Below are positions 47,601-61,124 of a stretch of 64,000 bases of DNA, in pieces. A program made the translations under genes and the position numbers. Source of the DNA: Phoronis australis (taxonomy: Eukaryota > Animalia > Phoronida); NCBI GenBank assembly GCA_002633005.1, contig NMRA01000214.1, positions 270,414 through 334,413 on the forward strand, in the 5' to 3' direction. Positions within the stretch are counted from its first letter, which is position 1, and each line of letters starts with the position of its first letter. The notes below the pieces were generated by a model. The model made no database searches. It saw only the letters and a program-made list of their open reading frames with translations, and was not told the origin of the DNA.

Positions 47601-50600
47601 AACTGAGTTCCTCTGCAGATGCCATAACCAGGCGGAGCTGAGCAGTTGTTCCCTTGATCGATTAGACCCGTGGCATGGAGAAGGATTTTTCAATTACATT
47701 GATTATTCAAGTATCAAATGGAAAACAGTTGACTTCTCAATTGTTTGTAAATTTTATTATTTCACGGTTGCGACCCCTGGATTACCAAGACGGAAGAAGG
47801 GGAATGGAAGAAGAAGAATGACAAACGAAGACTAAAATTAAGAATGTAATATAATTTTGCTCGCGATTCATACTGAATTGGTATAAATAGGGTAGAGCTC
47901 TATATTATGAAGGTTCACAAGTCTAAAGGCAAATCCTCTGACAATTGAATATATTTCTAAAAGAGCCCTTTAACCCCGAGGGTTCACAAATCCGACAGAA
48001 AGAAAAGATATTTAGTTCGAAACTAGTCCGAAGGTCTATTATACCTGAAACCTGTGATTTAGCCATCGACAGGAAGCAGCACGATTGTATTGGTGGTAAA
48101 CAAATATTTGAAAATGTAAATAAATGCAACATCTCTGCACATTGCCGAATATTGTTTTGATCCTTCCGACAGGCTCTCAGGGCTCCATAAAGTAGTTTCA
48201 AATAGGCACGTGCATATAAATACCCGAACTTTCTTCTCCAAACAACTTTTCAAAATCTTGATACATGAAAAATCTAACGTTTAGCTTCGGACTGGTGCAG
48301 ACCTTCGAATTTATAGATTTTTGGACGTTTAAACTTTCAGAACAATGAATACCTTGAATTCATGCCTTCTGCTCACACTCTTTCTCACTCGTAGATTTCA
48401 ATTCAGATCACACGATTTCATTGCCTCCAAGGGGTTGACTTCGTTTGAATTTTATTGTAGGTTTTTAGAAGCCAAATTTCTTCTACCAACTGGACTGACT
48501 AATATACAACTAGCATGCGGCATGCGGGATTTGACGTCGCGAACAGTGGGATGAAACCACATGACCACTTACACAAATGACACCATAGCCAAAAAGTATG
48601 GTGCCATTAAGCTGTAAACATCCTGGAAGTTACACGCTTTGACCGTATGTGCATTCTAGAACCCATCAATTCACACCTGGTTTAAGGGCACAATAAATTA
48701 TTTCTCAAAAACCATAAAATTTAGCTTAGGACAAAAAGCACATTAATGGTAAAACAATTGTACCAATAACAAGATCGAATTTAGTTTAATGAAAGTGTTC
48801 CAGAAGTCATCTCAGAACTCTGATAAAGTTGTAAAATATGCTCTTATCATTTTCGTTTTCTGAACGGTGTTTAAATCATAGTATTTGAAAGTTTTACATC
48901 AATGTGTCATTTCTGAGATACAAACGTTAGAGAAATGGAGACGTTCTTTTCTAGGGTCTTACAGGCTTCGAACAACGAAGACCATGGCCTTGCCACCACT
49001 GGCAGTGAACCAAAGATGTTGCTGAACCGCGAACACAAAATAACACCAGAGTGGAAAAGGTAAAAACGTCTCGCAAGCTGCTTCTTCCGTGAGGGCGCGC
49101 GCTATGAGTTGCTGTCTTACAGATTCATGAAAGACGAGAGTGGTGTATAGCTTTTGCTATTTATAATATTTTAGTCTGGTTGGCACTTGCAGTTACAGTT
49201 CTCCACCCAAGACAATTGTGTGGTGTCTGGGTCGCGTCGTTGTAAAATATTTTAAGTTTTGGCTGTATTTTACTTGTACTCGTGGTTGTACTCAGGTTTT
49301 AGTGTTTGGTTCGTGATGACGCACATGTACTTTAAATAGATACACCTCTCCATCCACCAAATCTATCACCATTCGGTTGCACTACACGTTTGTTAATTGT
49401 CTTGCTCGTGTATTCGCGTTGACGCTGATGCTCTTTCTAATCCCGACTAACAATTACACTAACCTACTGACACAAGCCCAAACGTACCCATAAAGAGAGC
49501 ATGAATCAATCCAAATAACGTAAAAGGTCACAAAAATTTTGTTAATACATGTTTTTTTTTGTCTATTGACTCTCCACACCCACGCAACAGCGATACGCTG
49601 CAACCCACAGATAACAGAAGAAGCATGAAAGAAGAAAATTCACAACCGAATACTAAAGCTAAGAAGGAAATCTAATATTGCTTGCGAATCATAATGCATT
49701 GGCATCAATAGGATAGAGCTCGATACTCCGAAGGTGTACAAGTTAGAAGGCAAATTATGCGACAAATGAAAACGTTTTCAAAAGGACCTTGAGTCCGAAG
49801 GTTCACAAATCCAACAAAAAGAAGGTCTAGTTGAAACTATTGACAAGGTCTGACAACAGAGCAGCAAAATTTTACTGGCAGCATTCCAAAATTTGATAAT
49901 GTAACTAAATGTAGCTGCTCAGTAAGCATTTACAAAATTTATTAGGATCCCATTGAGGAGCACTGGCTCTTCGAATCACTAGTTTCAAACGGCACGTGTA
50001 TAGAAACTAACTCCAAAATTTTTCACGAAATCACTTTTCAGAACTTCGTGTCCTGAAAGATCGAGCGTTTACTTTTGAAAATGATAAGCTTTCGGACTTC
50101 AGTGGATATTAAGATTTATGGATTCTTGGTCTAGCTAACCTTGAAACCGAGGAATACTGTGATTTCATACCTTCGGTCCAAACACCTTCTCACTTGTAGA
50201 TTTCAATTCAGGTCGTATTGCTTTATCACTTTCAAGGGGTTCATTTTTAGCGACTTGTCCCAGTGTCCAACAACTGGACATTGGCTGACTAATATACCAT
50301 CCACGTGTGATAACTGAAGTTGCCAGCAGTGATAATATATCAAATGTTTTGCAGGACCATTATGACGAAATACATTAGAGTCAAACGGTGTGGTGCATTT
50401 CATCTGTAAACGTCCTGGACGTGTGTACTCCTATGTGCAACTTGTTTGAAAATGAAGTGAAAATTGTATTCGCTACTCATTCAGGCACCGTCTTTATTCA
50501 TGTACACTGTTTCATACCTGATTCCAGGGCACAATCTTTCAAAAACTGCAAAATTTAGCAAAAGAGAAAAGCACATTATTAGTAAAACAACGGTGTCAAT

Positions 50601-53027
50601 AACAATATCGAATTTCATTTGATAAAAATATTTCAGAAGTGGTATCAGAAACACTATTAATAATCTAAAATATGATCATTTCATTTTCGTTTTGTGAACG
50701 ACGTTTAAATAATAGTATTTGAATGTTTCACATAAATCTGAAGAGCTATTTCTGAGAAATGTACTTAACACTTCTTTTAGGGTCTACAGGATCTGAACAA
50801 GCAGGATCCACCACTGGCAACAAACCAAACATCTCGCTGAGCCACTAACACAAAAAGACTCCAGAGTCAGAAAGGTAACGGAAGGCCAGAAGTTGCCTCT
50901 TGCGACAGGCCACATGCCATGAGGTGCTGTCTTACCCGATGCATGAAGTACGATAGGGGTAACTGTCGTTATTGATAACACTTTGGTCTTCACCTGTTAC
51001 CACTGTTTGGTGTCCATTTCGTTGTAATAGACTTCAAGTGTTGCCTGCATTTTAGTTGTACCCTTGGTTCTACTCACGTACGGGTATTAATGCTGGGGTC
51101 GTGATGACGCACATTTACTCTAACGAATAGATCAGCCCATTTGTCAATTGTATTTCACAATTCCCTTGGACTAGACGTTTGTTATTTTCTTGCTTGTGCT
51201 TTCGCGTTGGCGCTAACGCACTTTCTAATCCCGCCCAACAATTGCCCTAACTTACCAGGAAAGACGGCATGAATTAATCCAAATGACGTTCAAGGTCACA
51301 AATTATGTGTTGAATGGTGTTATTTGAATTCCTCTGGAGATGCCACAACCAGATGGAGATGAACAATGGTTCCCGTGACCGATTTCTATCGGCGTAGTGA
51401 CAAGGATTTTTAAATTGATCTCCGAGTGGCAAATTGAAAACTGTTGATTTGTCGATTGTTTGAAAAGTCCATTAATACAGGTGTTTGTCTATTTACGCGG
51501 TATAACCGTACCTCAACGATACGCTGTGAACCTCGGATGACGAAGGATTTAAGACGAAAATTATGTAGGTGAACTAACGTTGTTTCCGTTTAATGCCAAT
51601 ATATATTTTGGATGCAGCCCGGCACTCTGAAGGTTCTCAAGTCCCGACACCCAATGATACGGAAAATGAAATGTTTTTAAAAAGACCCTATTTGGCCACG
51701 TGTTCACAACTTCGACAGAAAAGAAAGCTAGTTAGATCAAAACTGATTTCAAGATTTATGATACCAGAAACCTCAACAGCAGCGGAACAGCAAGACTTTA
51801 GTGGCTGTAACCACTTTGTTTGCCTCCTTTCCAGAGGCACAGGCTCTTCGAAGAACTAGTGTCAAACAGGCATGTGCTTCCAAATTACCAAATATTTTGC
51901 TCGAAATCGCCGTTCGGAACCTCGTGTCATGAAAGTTTGAACTTTTAGCTTTCGAACTAATGGGGTTTAGGACTTGTGTTGATCTTCGAATTTGAAGACT
52001 TAAAAACCTTGAATTTATACCTTAGGTCATACCTTTCCTCATTTCTAGTCTTCATTTGAGGACATATAGGTTTTACTACTTCGGACGTGTTGATTTCCTT
52101 TTAACCTAATTGTAGATTTTTAGCGACTTGGCCTTTCGTCGATCCACTGGACTTTGGCTGACAAGTACACCATTAGCATGCAGGATCTGACGCTGAGAAC
52201 AGTGAAATGGTACCAAATGTGCTGCAGTACCATTTACACTAATGGCACCAGAGACAAAAGGTATGGTGCTGCTAAGCTGTAAATCTCCTGGAAGTTACTT
52301 GTTTCGACTGCATGCGAGTGTTTAACATAGAAAAGTGAAACATTTACTCGCCAGTCATGCAGGCATCTCGTTTTTCATTTACACTCTTTCTTACCTGGTT
52401 TCAGCTCACATTCTCTCAAAAATCATAGTATTTAGCAAAAGACAGAGCTCATTGATGGTAAAACAGCGGTCACTATAACAAGGTCGAATTTACTTAAATG
52501 CTAAATTTTCCAGAAGTGATCAAGGAAATACTCTTCATGTTCTAAAATATGATCACTTCATTTTCGTTTTGTGAACTGCGTTTAAATATATTTCAATGTT
52601 TTACATAAATGTAAACAGCTATTTATGAGATGAATTCAAATATTCAAACTGAGAGAGAAAATAGAGGCTTCTTTAGGATCATACAGGACCTGAACAACCA
52701 GCACCCTGACCTCGCTACCACTGGAAGAGAACCTAAGATGTCACCGACAACCGACACAAAATAAAACCGGAGACGGAAAGGTAAAAAAGACCCGTAAGCT
52801 GCACTTCCGTGAGAGCGCACGCTGTGAGATGCTGTCTTTCCAGATACATGAAGGACGATAGTGCTGATTAAATTATATTATTGATAACATTTGGGTCTTG
52901 CATTTACAGGTCTCCACCCGTGACAACTGTGTGGTTTCCAGATTATTTTAATAGTTCTTAAGGGTTGACTTTAGTTTTGTTGTACATGTGTACTCTGGGT
53001 TGTACTCAAGTATTAGTGTTTGGATGT

Positions 53028-53156
53028 TGTTACTGCAGACGCAATCATTCTTATTGCCTGTGTATATTAAGTATTGTTTCCTGTTGTACTCATTTTCAAG
53101 TACCCCCCAGATTGTGAACTTGTCACGTGGCACTGACATTTATAGCGTTTTACCCG
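53028..53156 (+). repeat. 5' LTR remnant (first 129 bp)
   Basis: Matches 59033-59162 with few differences, then jumps directly into gag-like sequence. Confidence 0.88.
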
Positions 53157-56100
53157 AAGATGAGACAGTCATCGACTCAAGTTGTGGCAACAAGGCAGAT
53201 GACAAAAATGAAAAAGTTGATGGAAAGTACAGAGCACTTGCATCTCGTCAAAGGTGAACTGGTTACATTTAGTCATAATATACAGGTTTTTGCAGACGCT
53301 TATCAGAGTCATATAGGTTTGATCACAACTGAGTTACAGCGTAAGACAGTCAGTCAGAAGTACCACGATCAGATTCAAGTGTTTCATGAATTTTGTGATA
53401 CTGTACACCATAGGGTAATGGAAACGGAACATTCGCTTCAACAAAACCTTCACTCAGTATCCGAAGTTTCAGTTAAAGCTTCTTCGCGAGCGACTTCTAG
53501 GCGTTCGTCAACGTGCTCTAAGAAATCCTCGGAAAGTTCACACGCAATCAGGTTGAAAGCCGCCATGACAACCGCCGGTTTGGCAGCTTAAAAGGCCGCA
53601 TTGGAGGAGTCGTTAAAATGGAGGCCGAGCTGAAAAAGGCCGAAATCGAAGCTAAACGTCACCATTTGTTGTCTGCTCTGAATGTCCGGATCGCCAAAGC
53701 AAACGCCAAGGAGGCCTGGGCTGAAAGCTGCGTCAAGTACCAACGACTCCGGGTCATGCGTCAAATCAAAAGCATTTAGTTTACCCCAGCAGAGCGTTCC
53801 AGGTGCTCACGTTATGCCACCTACGTCTCTTATTTCTAAACCTGAAAATTCCGATAAAGAATTGACCTGTATGTTATCAACATTACGTCTGCCCCCACCA
53901 AATCTCATGACGTTTACGGGAGACATCAAGACCATTTTGACAATCGAGATGGCATTCGATTTGCAGATTGTACCACTGACTTCAACCTACACAGAGCGCT
54001 TATACTACTTGGACTCTTACTTAAGATGCGAAGCAAAGGAACTTGTAGCCGGATGTCTCTTCATGAATTCAGAAGATGGGTACAAAGAAGCACGGCGAAC
54101 TTTGAAAAGTGAATACGCTGACCCGTACAAGGTTGCTTCGTCGTTTTTGAATAAACTCCAATTATGGCCTACAATTAAGCCTGAACATTGCAGTGGCATT
54201 AAGCGATTTTCAGTTTTTCTAAAACAATGTGAGCACGCCATGTCGAAGATTGAATACTTGTCGGTGTTGAATCACATACCTTATCTTCAAACAATTGTTC
54301 ACAAACTTCCATTATATCTGCAAAACAAATGGCACGGCTTTGTGAACAGCGATGAACGACGCAAAAATGTCACGTTTGTCAGACTTGTAAGCTTCATTCA
54401 GAAGGCTGCGGAGACTGCCAACGACCCCATTTTCGGGAAGGAAGCTGCGGCAAGACCACCAAAGCCGACTTATTCAAAGACCAATTTTGCTGCCACCACG
54501 GAAACGACGCCATCACGTGGAAGAAAGTCACCAGTGTGCCATTATTGTTTACTGGACCACCACTTAAATGATTGTGATTCGTTTAGACCGTTGTCTATGG
54601 ATGACAAACACAAGTTTATAATGGACAAGAAATTATGTTTCGGTTGCCTTCATTATGGTCATATGTCTAAAGGGTGTTCAAATCGTCGCATTTGCGAAAA
54701 ATGCTTTATAAGTCAGCCTACAACACTTAACGTAGAGAGATCAGCGACGAACGATACAAAAAAATTTGAGTACAGTAAACATTCGCCAAGGAACCCCTGA
54801 CCGTGATTCTGATGCTCTGACGTCATCGTTACCAGCTGTCTTGGGACAGCAACGCAAGGTATCTGCACCACCCACACGAGGTACATGTACGCAACCTCAA
54901 TCGTTGATCAACTCCTCTTCACACGATCTTCAAACAGCTCAAGTAGGTACCTGCCACACTCCTTCGTTTGACGATTGCAATCAGAAAACACTTCATGAAA
55001 TTATTCCAGTTCGTGTTAGACAGAAAGGTAATGATACTGAGGTACTGACATACGCATTCTTCGACAATGGTAGCAGTGGATGTTTCCTTACTGATCGTCT
55101 TAAATCTGATTTACATGCTACAGGTCACGAAGTTGCCCTGGATCTGCACGGGCGTAATTATGTGAATACGACGGTTATAAAAGATCTGGATGTTACTGAC
55201 ATGAATGGCCAGAATCCTGTGACGATCCAGAAGGCTTACTCTCGTGCGCAGATACCAGTGGACTTTCGTCACACTGTATCCCTACACCGGAGGTTCTCGA
55301 AAAAGTCAGTTATCTTAGTGTTGTTGCTCAAAACATTCCTTTGTTAATGCCAAATATTTACATTGTTTTGATTATAGGTTCAAGTTTCCCCGCTGCGCTC
55401 CAGCCGTTACAGGTAGTTCCTATTGAAGGTGATGAACCGTTTGCCGTTCGCTTGCGCCACGGATGGACAGTCAACGGTGTCGTGCATATTTCCGACAATC
55501 CTCTTGGTGCCTACATGACGTACTGTAATCGCATTCAAGTTGTTGAATCCTGTTCTGTGAAGGAAATTCCGTTTCTGGATCCTAAAGACGTTATCGACAC
55601 GCTTGCATTGGACTTCAAGGACTGTAGCGCTGGCTCAAACCCGAATGAGAAGGGCCACTCTAGAGAGGACTTGGAGTTCATGGAACGTGCCAACCAATGC
55701 ATGAAGAATGTCGACGGCCATTTGAGATCCCACTTCCCTTCAGAAATCAGAATCTTATAATGAATTACAACAGCTCACAAGCTGTCCACAGAGCAACATA
55801 CCAAAGAAAAAAGATGATGGGAGACAGTTCGTACTACAACGAGTACAAGGCATTTATCGATAATGTTTTAACTAAGGGTTATGCAGAGAAAGTGCCAGCT
55901 AAGGAAGTTCAAGATCGCAAAGGCTTTACTTGGTACCTCCCGCACCATGGTGTGTACCATCCGCAGAAGAAAAAGTTGAGCGTCGTGTTCGATTGTGCAG
56001 CCAAGTTTCAAGGCACGTCCTTAAACGATCAGTTGATTCAAGGTCCAAATCTTACCAACTCAGTCTTCGGTGTTTTGACAAGAATTCGTGGTGGACAAAT

Positions 56101-58927
56101 AGCGTTTTCAGCAGACATCGAGACTTTGTTTTACTAAGTAAAGGTACCTGAATGCCAACGAAATTTTCTAAGATTCGTTTGATGGCCTGACGGCGACTTA
56201 CAGACCAGATTGGATGACTACCGAATGACGGTACATCTTTTCAGCGCCGCATCGTCCCCCAGTGTGTCTAACTTCGCCCTCAGAAAAACTGCCGAAAATT
56301 GCGATCCTAATGTAGCAACCACGATCCGGCGCAACTTTTACGTTGACGACTGCTTGAAGGCTGTTAACAGTGACGAGCAGGCTATTCGGTTGGTGAAAGA
56401 TCTTTGCAAAGCGTGCTTGAGTGCAGGGTTCCACTTGACAAAATTCGCCAATAACAGTCGTGCGCTATTAGACTCCATCCCTGTTGAAGAAAGGTCCAAG
56501 GAACTACAAGCTAAAACTTTGGACTACGTCTCCATGCCGACACAGCGTGTTTTGGGCATTCAATGGAAGATGTCATCAGATTATCTTGGTTTCACCATAA
56601 AGATAAGACCAAAGGACATGACCAGAAGGGCAATCTTATCCATTACTGCTTCGCTTTATGACCCCCTCGGTTTCTTAGCACCATTTGTGCTTCAAGCAAA
56701 GAGGCTTTTGCAAGACTTGTGTAAAGAAGACGGTCTTCATTGGGATGACGGGATTCCAGAAGTTTACCATGCACGATGGCAGAAGTGGCTTTCTGAATTA
56801 CCCCGTATGGAGGAAGTCAACATTCGACGTTGTTACGTGCCAAAAGAATTCAGTAACGTCGTTATTCAGCAGTTTCACGTGTTTTCGGATGCAAGCAGTG
56901 ACTGATGCGGGTGTTGTGCTTATTTACATATTGTTAATGCTGATGGTATTGTTCACTGTTCTCTATTATTAGGTAAAGCCAGGGTTGCGCCTCTCAGATG
57001 AATAACGATTCCCAAGCTGGAACTCACAGCCGCTACAGTGTCCGTACAGATTGGGAGAATGCTGTGCAACGAACTCGACCCGGACCCGGCAAAATCGGTC
57101 TTCCACACAGATTCTATGACGGTTGTGTATTATGTGCACAGTCGCAGTAATAGGTTCCCGGTTTTCGTTGCCAACAGGGTACAGCAAATATTAGACTTCA
57201 GCAACCCTTCGCAGTGGAGGTATGTGCGTTCTGAATTTAACCCAGCTGATTGTGCGCCACGCGGTTTAGAAGCTGAGAAGTTCTCTGTCACGATAGTTGG
57301 TTTAATGGTCCCAATTTCTTGTTGTGTGGTGACTGTTATTATCCTCAGTCAAGCGCGTTTCCAGTGCCCAGTTATGAAGCTGCCAGTTCTCAGACTTTTG
57401 TGAATGGCGACAAGTTTTAATAAAAGTGTTAGCGGTTTGGAACGATTGATTGATTATTACTCTAAATGGTTGCCGTTAAAAAAAGCTGTAGCTGTCTTCA
57501 GTAGATTTCAGAAATGGTTGGTGCAACGAAATAGAGATGGAGATTCCAGTGACCAGAGTTGGTTGTCAGCGCCACTTACGGTTGTGGAATTGGATGAAGC
57601 GGAAGCCAGTGTGTTGAAATTTACTCAGAGACAATACTTCAGAGATGATTTTGAAAGGCTCTCAGGTAACGGTAGAGGCAAAAAAGTACACCGCTGATCA
57701 CGCTAGACCCTTTCTTGGACAGAGGTTTGTTACGTGTTGGCGGTCGTCTCGGTAAAGCTTTGCTGGAGGATGGTATGAAGCATCCCATCGTATTGCCTAG
57801 ACAGAGTCACGTTACAACGCTTGTTGTTCGCCATTATCACGAGCGCCTTGCCCACGCTGGTAGGAATCATGTTCTTTCAACCTTACGAGAGAAGTTCTGG
57901 ATTGTTACCGTCAATGCAGCTGTTCGGAGAGTTATTAACAGATGTGTGACTTGCCGTCGTCTACGTGGTCAAGCATGTGAGCAAAAGATGGCTAATTTGC
58001 CTGTTGAACGCACTATTCCAGAAGCACCTTTTACGTACACAGGCACAGATTTGTTCGGTCCGTTCCAAGTTAAAGAAGGTAGAAAGGTGTATAAGCGTTA
58101 CGGTGTCATGTTTACTTGTTTCTCTAGCCGGGCCATACATTTAGAAGTGGTTAACAGCCTTGAGACAAACTGTTTCATTAATGCTCTGCGCCGATTTTTG
58201 GCCAGACGAGGACCAGTTCATACCATCTTCAGTGACAACGGAACGAACTTCGTGGGAGCGATCGTGAGTTACGAGCAGCCATAGATGAAATGGACCAGGA
58301 ACGTATTCAGAGGTACATGTTGACAGAAAATATTGACTGGTCGTTCAACCCGCCAACTGCTAGTAACTTCGGTGGTCTTTGGGAACGTCAAATTCGCACT
58401 GTTCGGAAAGTGTTATCATCCACATTGCGCGAATGTGATCGCTTAGATGATGACATTCGGCATACAGTATTCTGTGAGGCGGAGGCCATAGTGAATTCAA
58501 GACCCCTTACAACTGTATCTAGTGACCCCGACGATTTGGATCCATTATCACCGAGCAACATTCTTACTTTTAAGACACGGATATTGCTCCCTCCACCTGG
58601 AAAGTTTCAGCGAGAAGACGTTCATTCACGTAAGCGTTGGAGGCGCGCCCAATACTTGGCGAATCTCTTTTGGACAAGATGGAGAAAAGAGTATTTGGCT
58701 ACATTGCAATGTCGTCGAAAGTGGCAAGTTCCAAGTCGCAATATGAAAACGAATGATGTTGTACTCATCAAGGCCTTCCCCGGTGTGAATGGAAGATGGG
58801 TCGTGTGACAGACTTAGAGGCGGATCAAAATGGTCTCGTAAGGAGCTGTCATGTTAAAACATTGACGTCAACCTTTTGGTGCCCTGTAAGTAAATTGGTT
58901 CTTTTGCTTTGTTCTGAAGATAAGTAA
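53157..58927 (+). pseudogene. BEL/Pao gag-pol polyprotein, fragmented by stops and frameshifts
   Basis: Zinc knuckles CHYCLLDHHLNDC, CFGCLHYGHMSKGC; protease FDNGS; RT WYLPHHGV..VVFDCAA..FYVDDCL; RNase H FSDAS..HTDSM..NPAD; integrase HERLAH..CVTC, TDLFGP, SDNGTNF, WERQIR. Confidence 0.93.
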
Positions 58928-59032
58928 CTGTGATTTCACGTGCATTTTGTTCGGTTGTTATCTTTGATTGTTTCTGCAGTGTCTGATTGTGTTTGGTCAG
59001 CGAAGTTTTCTCCGCTTTCTCGGGGGGAGCAA

Positions 59033-59793
59033 TGTTACTGCAGACGCAATCATTCTTATTGCCTGTGTATATTAAGTATTGTTTCCTGTTGTCCTCATTT
59101 TCAAGTACCCCCCAGATTGTGAACTTGTCACGTGGCACTGACATTTAAAAACGTTTTACCCGCCAGTTCCATTCATTCGTATTTCGTATTTCTTATCTGT
59201 GTGCAGTGTATTCATGTCACTGCTTTCGTCGTCGAGATTGCAGGGTTTTCATGATGTACATGTAAGTATTGTTCTTTTGCTTATCGTTATTTATACTTTG
59301 TGCAATGCATTCTCTCGTGTCCCGCTAGTTTCAGTATTTTCGCTTTATTTCCTTCGCCGTATTTTTGGTTCGTGTCGAGGGTGCGAACGTTGTTCGCTGC
59401 GACCTTGAGATTGCAATTCTCAAACCAGTCTGTTTCTAGCTCATATTATTGTAATTGTTTAGCGTGACTTGTTAACTAGTTTGTGTCACGGTCTCACGGC
59501 AGAATTGTGTATGCATTAGGTTCGTTTTTGTATCTAGTATTTTCATATAAGATTCAGTTTATCTGATGTAGCCATTTCGTTACTTGCATGTTTTCTAGTT
59601 GATGTAAATAACGGTTTTTGTATATATTGTCACTGCCTGTGCTCGTATTATATTTCGTAGTAGTTACTCGGGCTTTTGTTTATTTCAGTTTACTGGTTTG
59701 TCTATGTACTGACGGCACTCGAATAAAAGAATTAGGCTGTACGTAGAATCACCTGTGTTTCTCTCGGTCGTTCGCTGACACTGCGCCAGAACA
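59033..59793 (+). repeat. 3' LTR (761 bp)
   Basis: TGTTACTG...CCAGAACA, AATAAA ~59722, preceded by the PPT, followed by the TSD. Confidence 0.92.
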
Positions 59794-61124
59794 GATGTGA
59801 TGACGCACATGTACTTCAAATGAATAGATCTCTATACATCTATCAAATCTATTACACTAGACATTTGTTGCAGGTCTTGGTGGTACAATTGTTCAGACGC
59901 TAGCGCTCTTTCTAATCCCGACTGACAATTGCACTAACACACTGATACAAGCCCTAACATACTAACACAACGGCATGACTTAACCCAAATTACATCCAAG
60001 ACCCCAAAATGCATGCTGAATGGTGTTAATTGAATTCCTTTGCAGATTTCACAAGCAGAAGCAGTATTGAAAACATTTGATTTGCCGACTGTTTGTAAAC
60101 TTTATTAATACACGTTTTTATCTATTTACACGCCATACCCATACCCACGATACGTTGGGTCCTACGCATATCCAAAACGGAAGAAGTAAAGTAACGTTGC
60201 TTACGTTTCATACTGCATTAGTATATATAAGACACAGCTCGATACTCTGAAGGTTCTCAAGTGTTATAACGCCTAAAATACAACAAATTAGAATTTTTTG
60301 AAAAGGTCCTGTCAAGCCAAAGGTTCACAAATCCGACTGAAAGGAATGCTAGTTATTTCAACAATCTATGGCACCAGAAATTAGTGATGCAAAGTCATTG
60401 ACAAGGGAGTAGCACACTTTTAGTACCAGGAAACTAAAAATGTAAATAAAAGCAACAGCTCACTGACCATTGCCAAACTTTTTGGATCCTTTCGAGAGGC
60501 TTAAGCTCTTCCATCAAGTAGTTTCAAACAGGCACATGGATGGATTTAGATCACTTTTGAATGACTATTTAATCGTTTGTGTAGTATCTCCTGCACGTAT
60601 CAATCATAATATGTATGACCACGAGCTTGTTCTGTTCTTGCTCTCAATTGACGGTCTTTTTAAGCTTCTTGCAGTATGTGGACACTATGGTTTATCAAAT
60701 GAACTTGAATATCACTATCAAGGGGGTACTGTTATGTATGTGTTTTAAAAGTTAATTTTTAGGTACTTCTGTCAATATGGTGAACCTTTAAAGGCTGTGC
60801 AATAGATGGAACATTTGGTGATACCATATGATGGATGACTGTGACATCTCACGGTAACGGAGAAAACTATATGTTCAAGCCTTCTGAGTTATTAGAAAAT
60901 ACCATATGTGTAGTTTCCCGGTCATCTCTTTCTGTGTTCCAATGCATAGCATGCACCGACTGGTGGAATTTGGATATGTTCAATATGTCATATCTCTATG
61001 TGTTCAAGCGTTTTATAAATTTATAAATTTGAAGGTACTCTGTGTACTGTCTTGAGGCTCATTATTGTAAATCGACCCTAAAACAACGTATGTCACCTGA
61101 ATGAAATTTCCAATGTAATAGCCC

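Larger units (their letters stand above)
53028..59793 (+). mobile_element. BEL/Pao LTR retrotransposon, decayed, 5' LTR mostly deleted
   Basis: TSD GATGT (53023-53027, 59794-59798); TG...CA ends; PPT GGGGGGAG at 59022-59029; gag-PR-RT-RH-IN domain order. Confidence 0.95.
32960..60540. repeat. Degenerate tandem macro-repeat, ~1.9-kb unit, at least 9 full/partial copies, with internal deletions and TE insertions
   Basis: Landmarks recur in the same order and orientation: GTGATGACGCACAT-like (33195, 36956, 42069, 47371, 49313, 51101, 59797), GGCTGACTAGTATACC-like (35089, 39531, 40313, 41187, 45377, 46501, 48493, 50283, 52156), AATGACACCAGAGTCGGAAAGGT-like (36728, 39717, 41803, 43303, 45924, 47122, 49039, 50853, 52760). 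Confidence 0.92.

Noticed and set aside
33195-59810. GTGATGA in each array unit as a snoRNA C box; AATTTTTGG at ~34670 as an Sm site (SL/snRNA array)
   Set aside because: No consistently placed CTGA D box or terminal stem; the Sm-like motif is not conserved in other units
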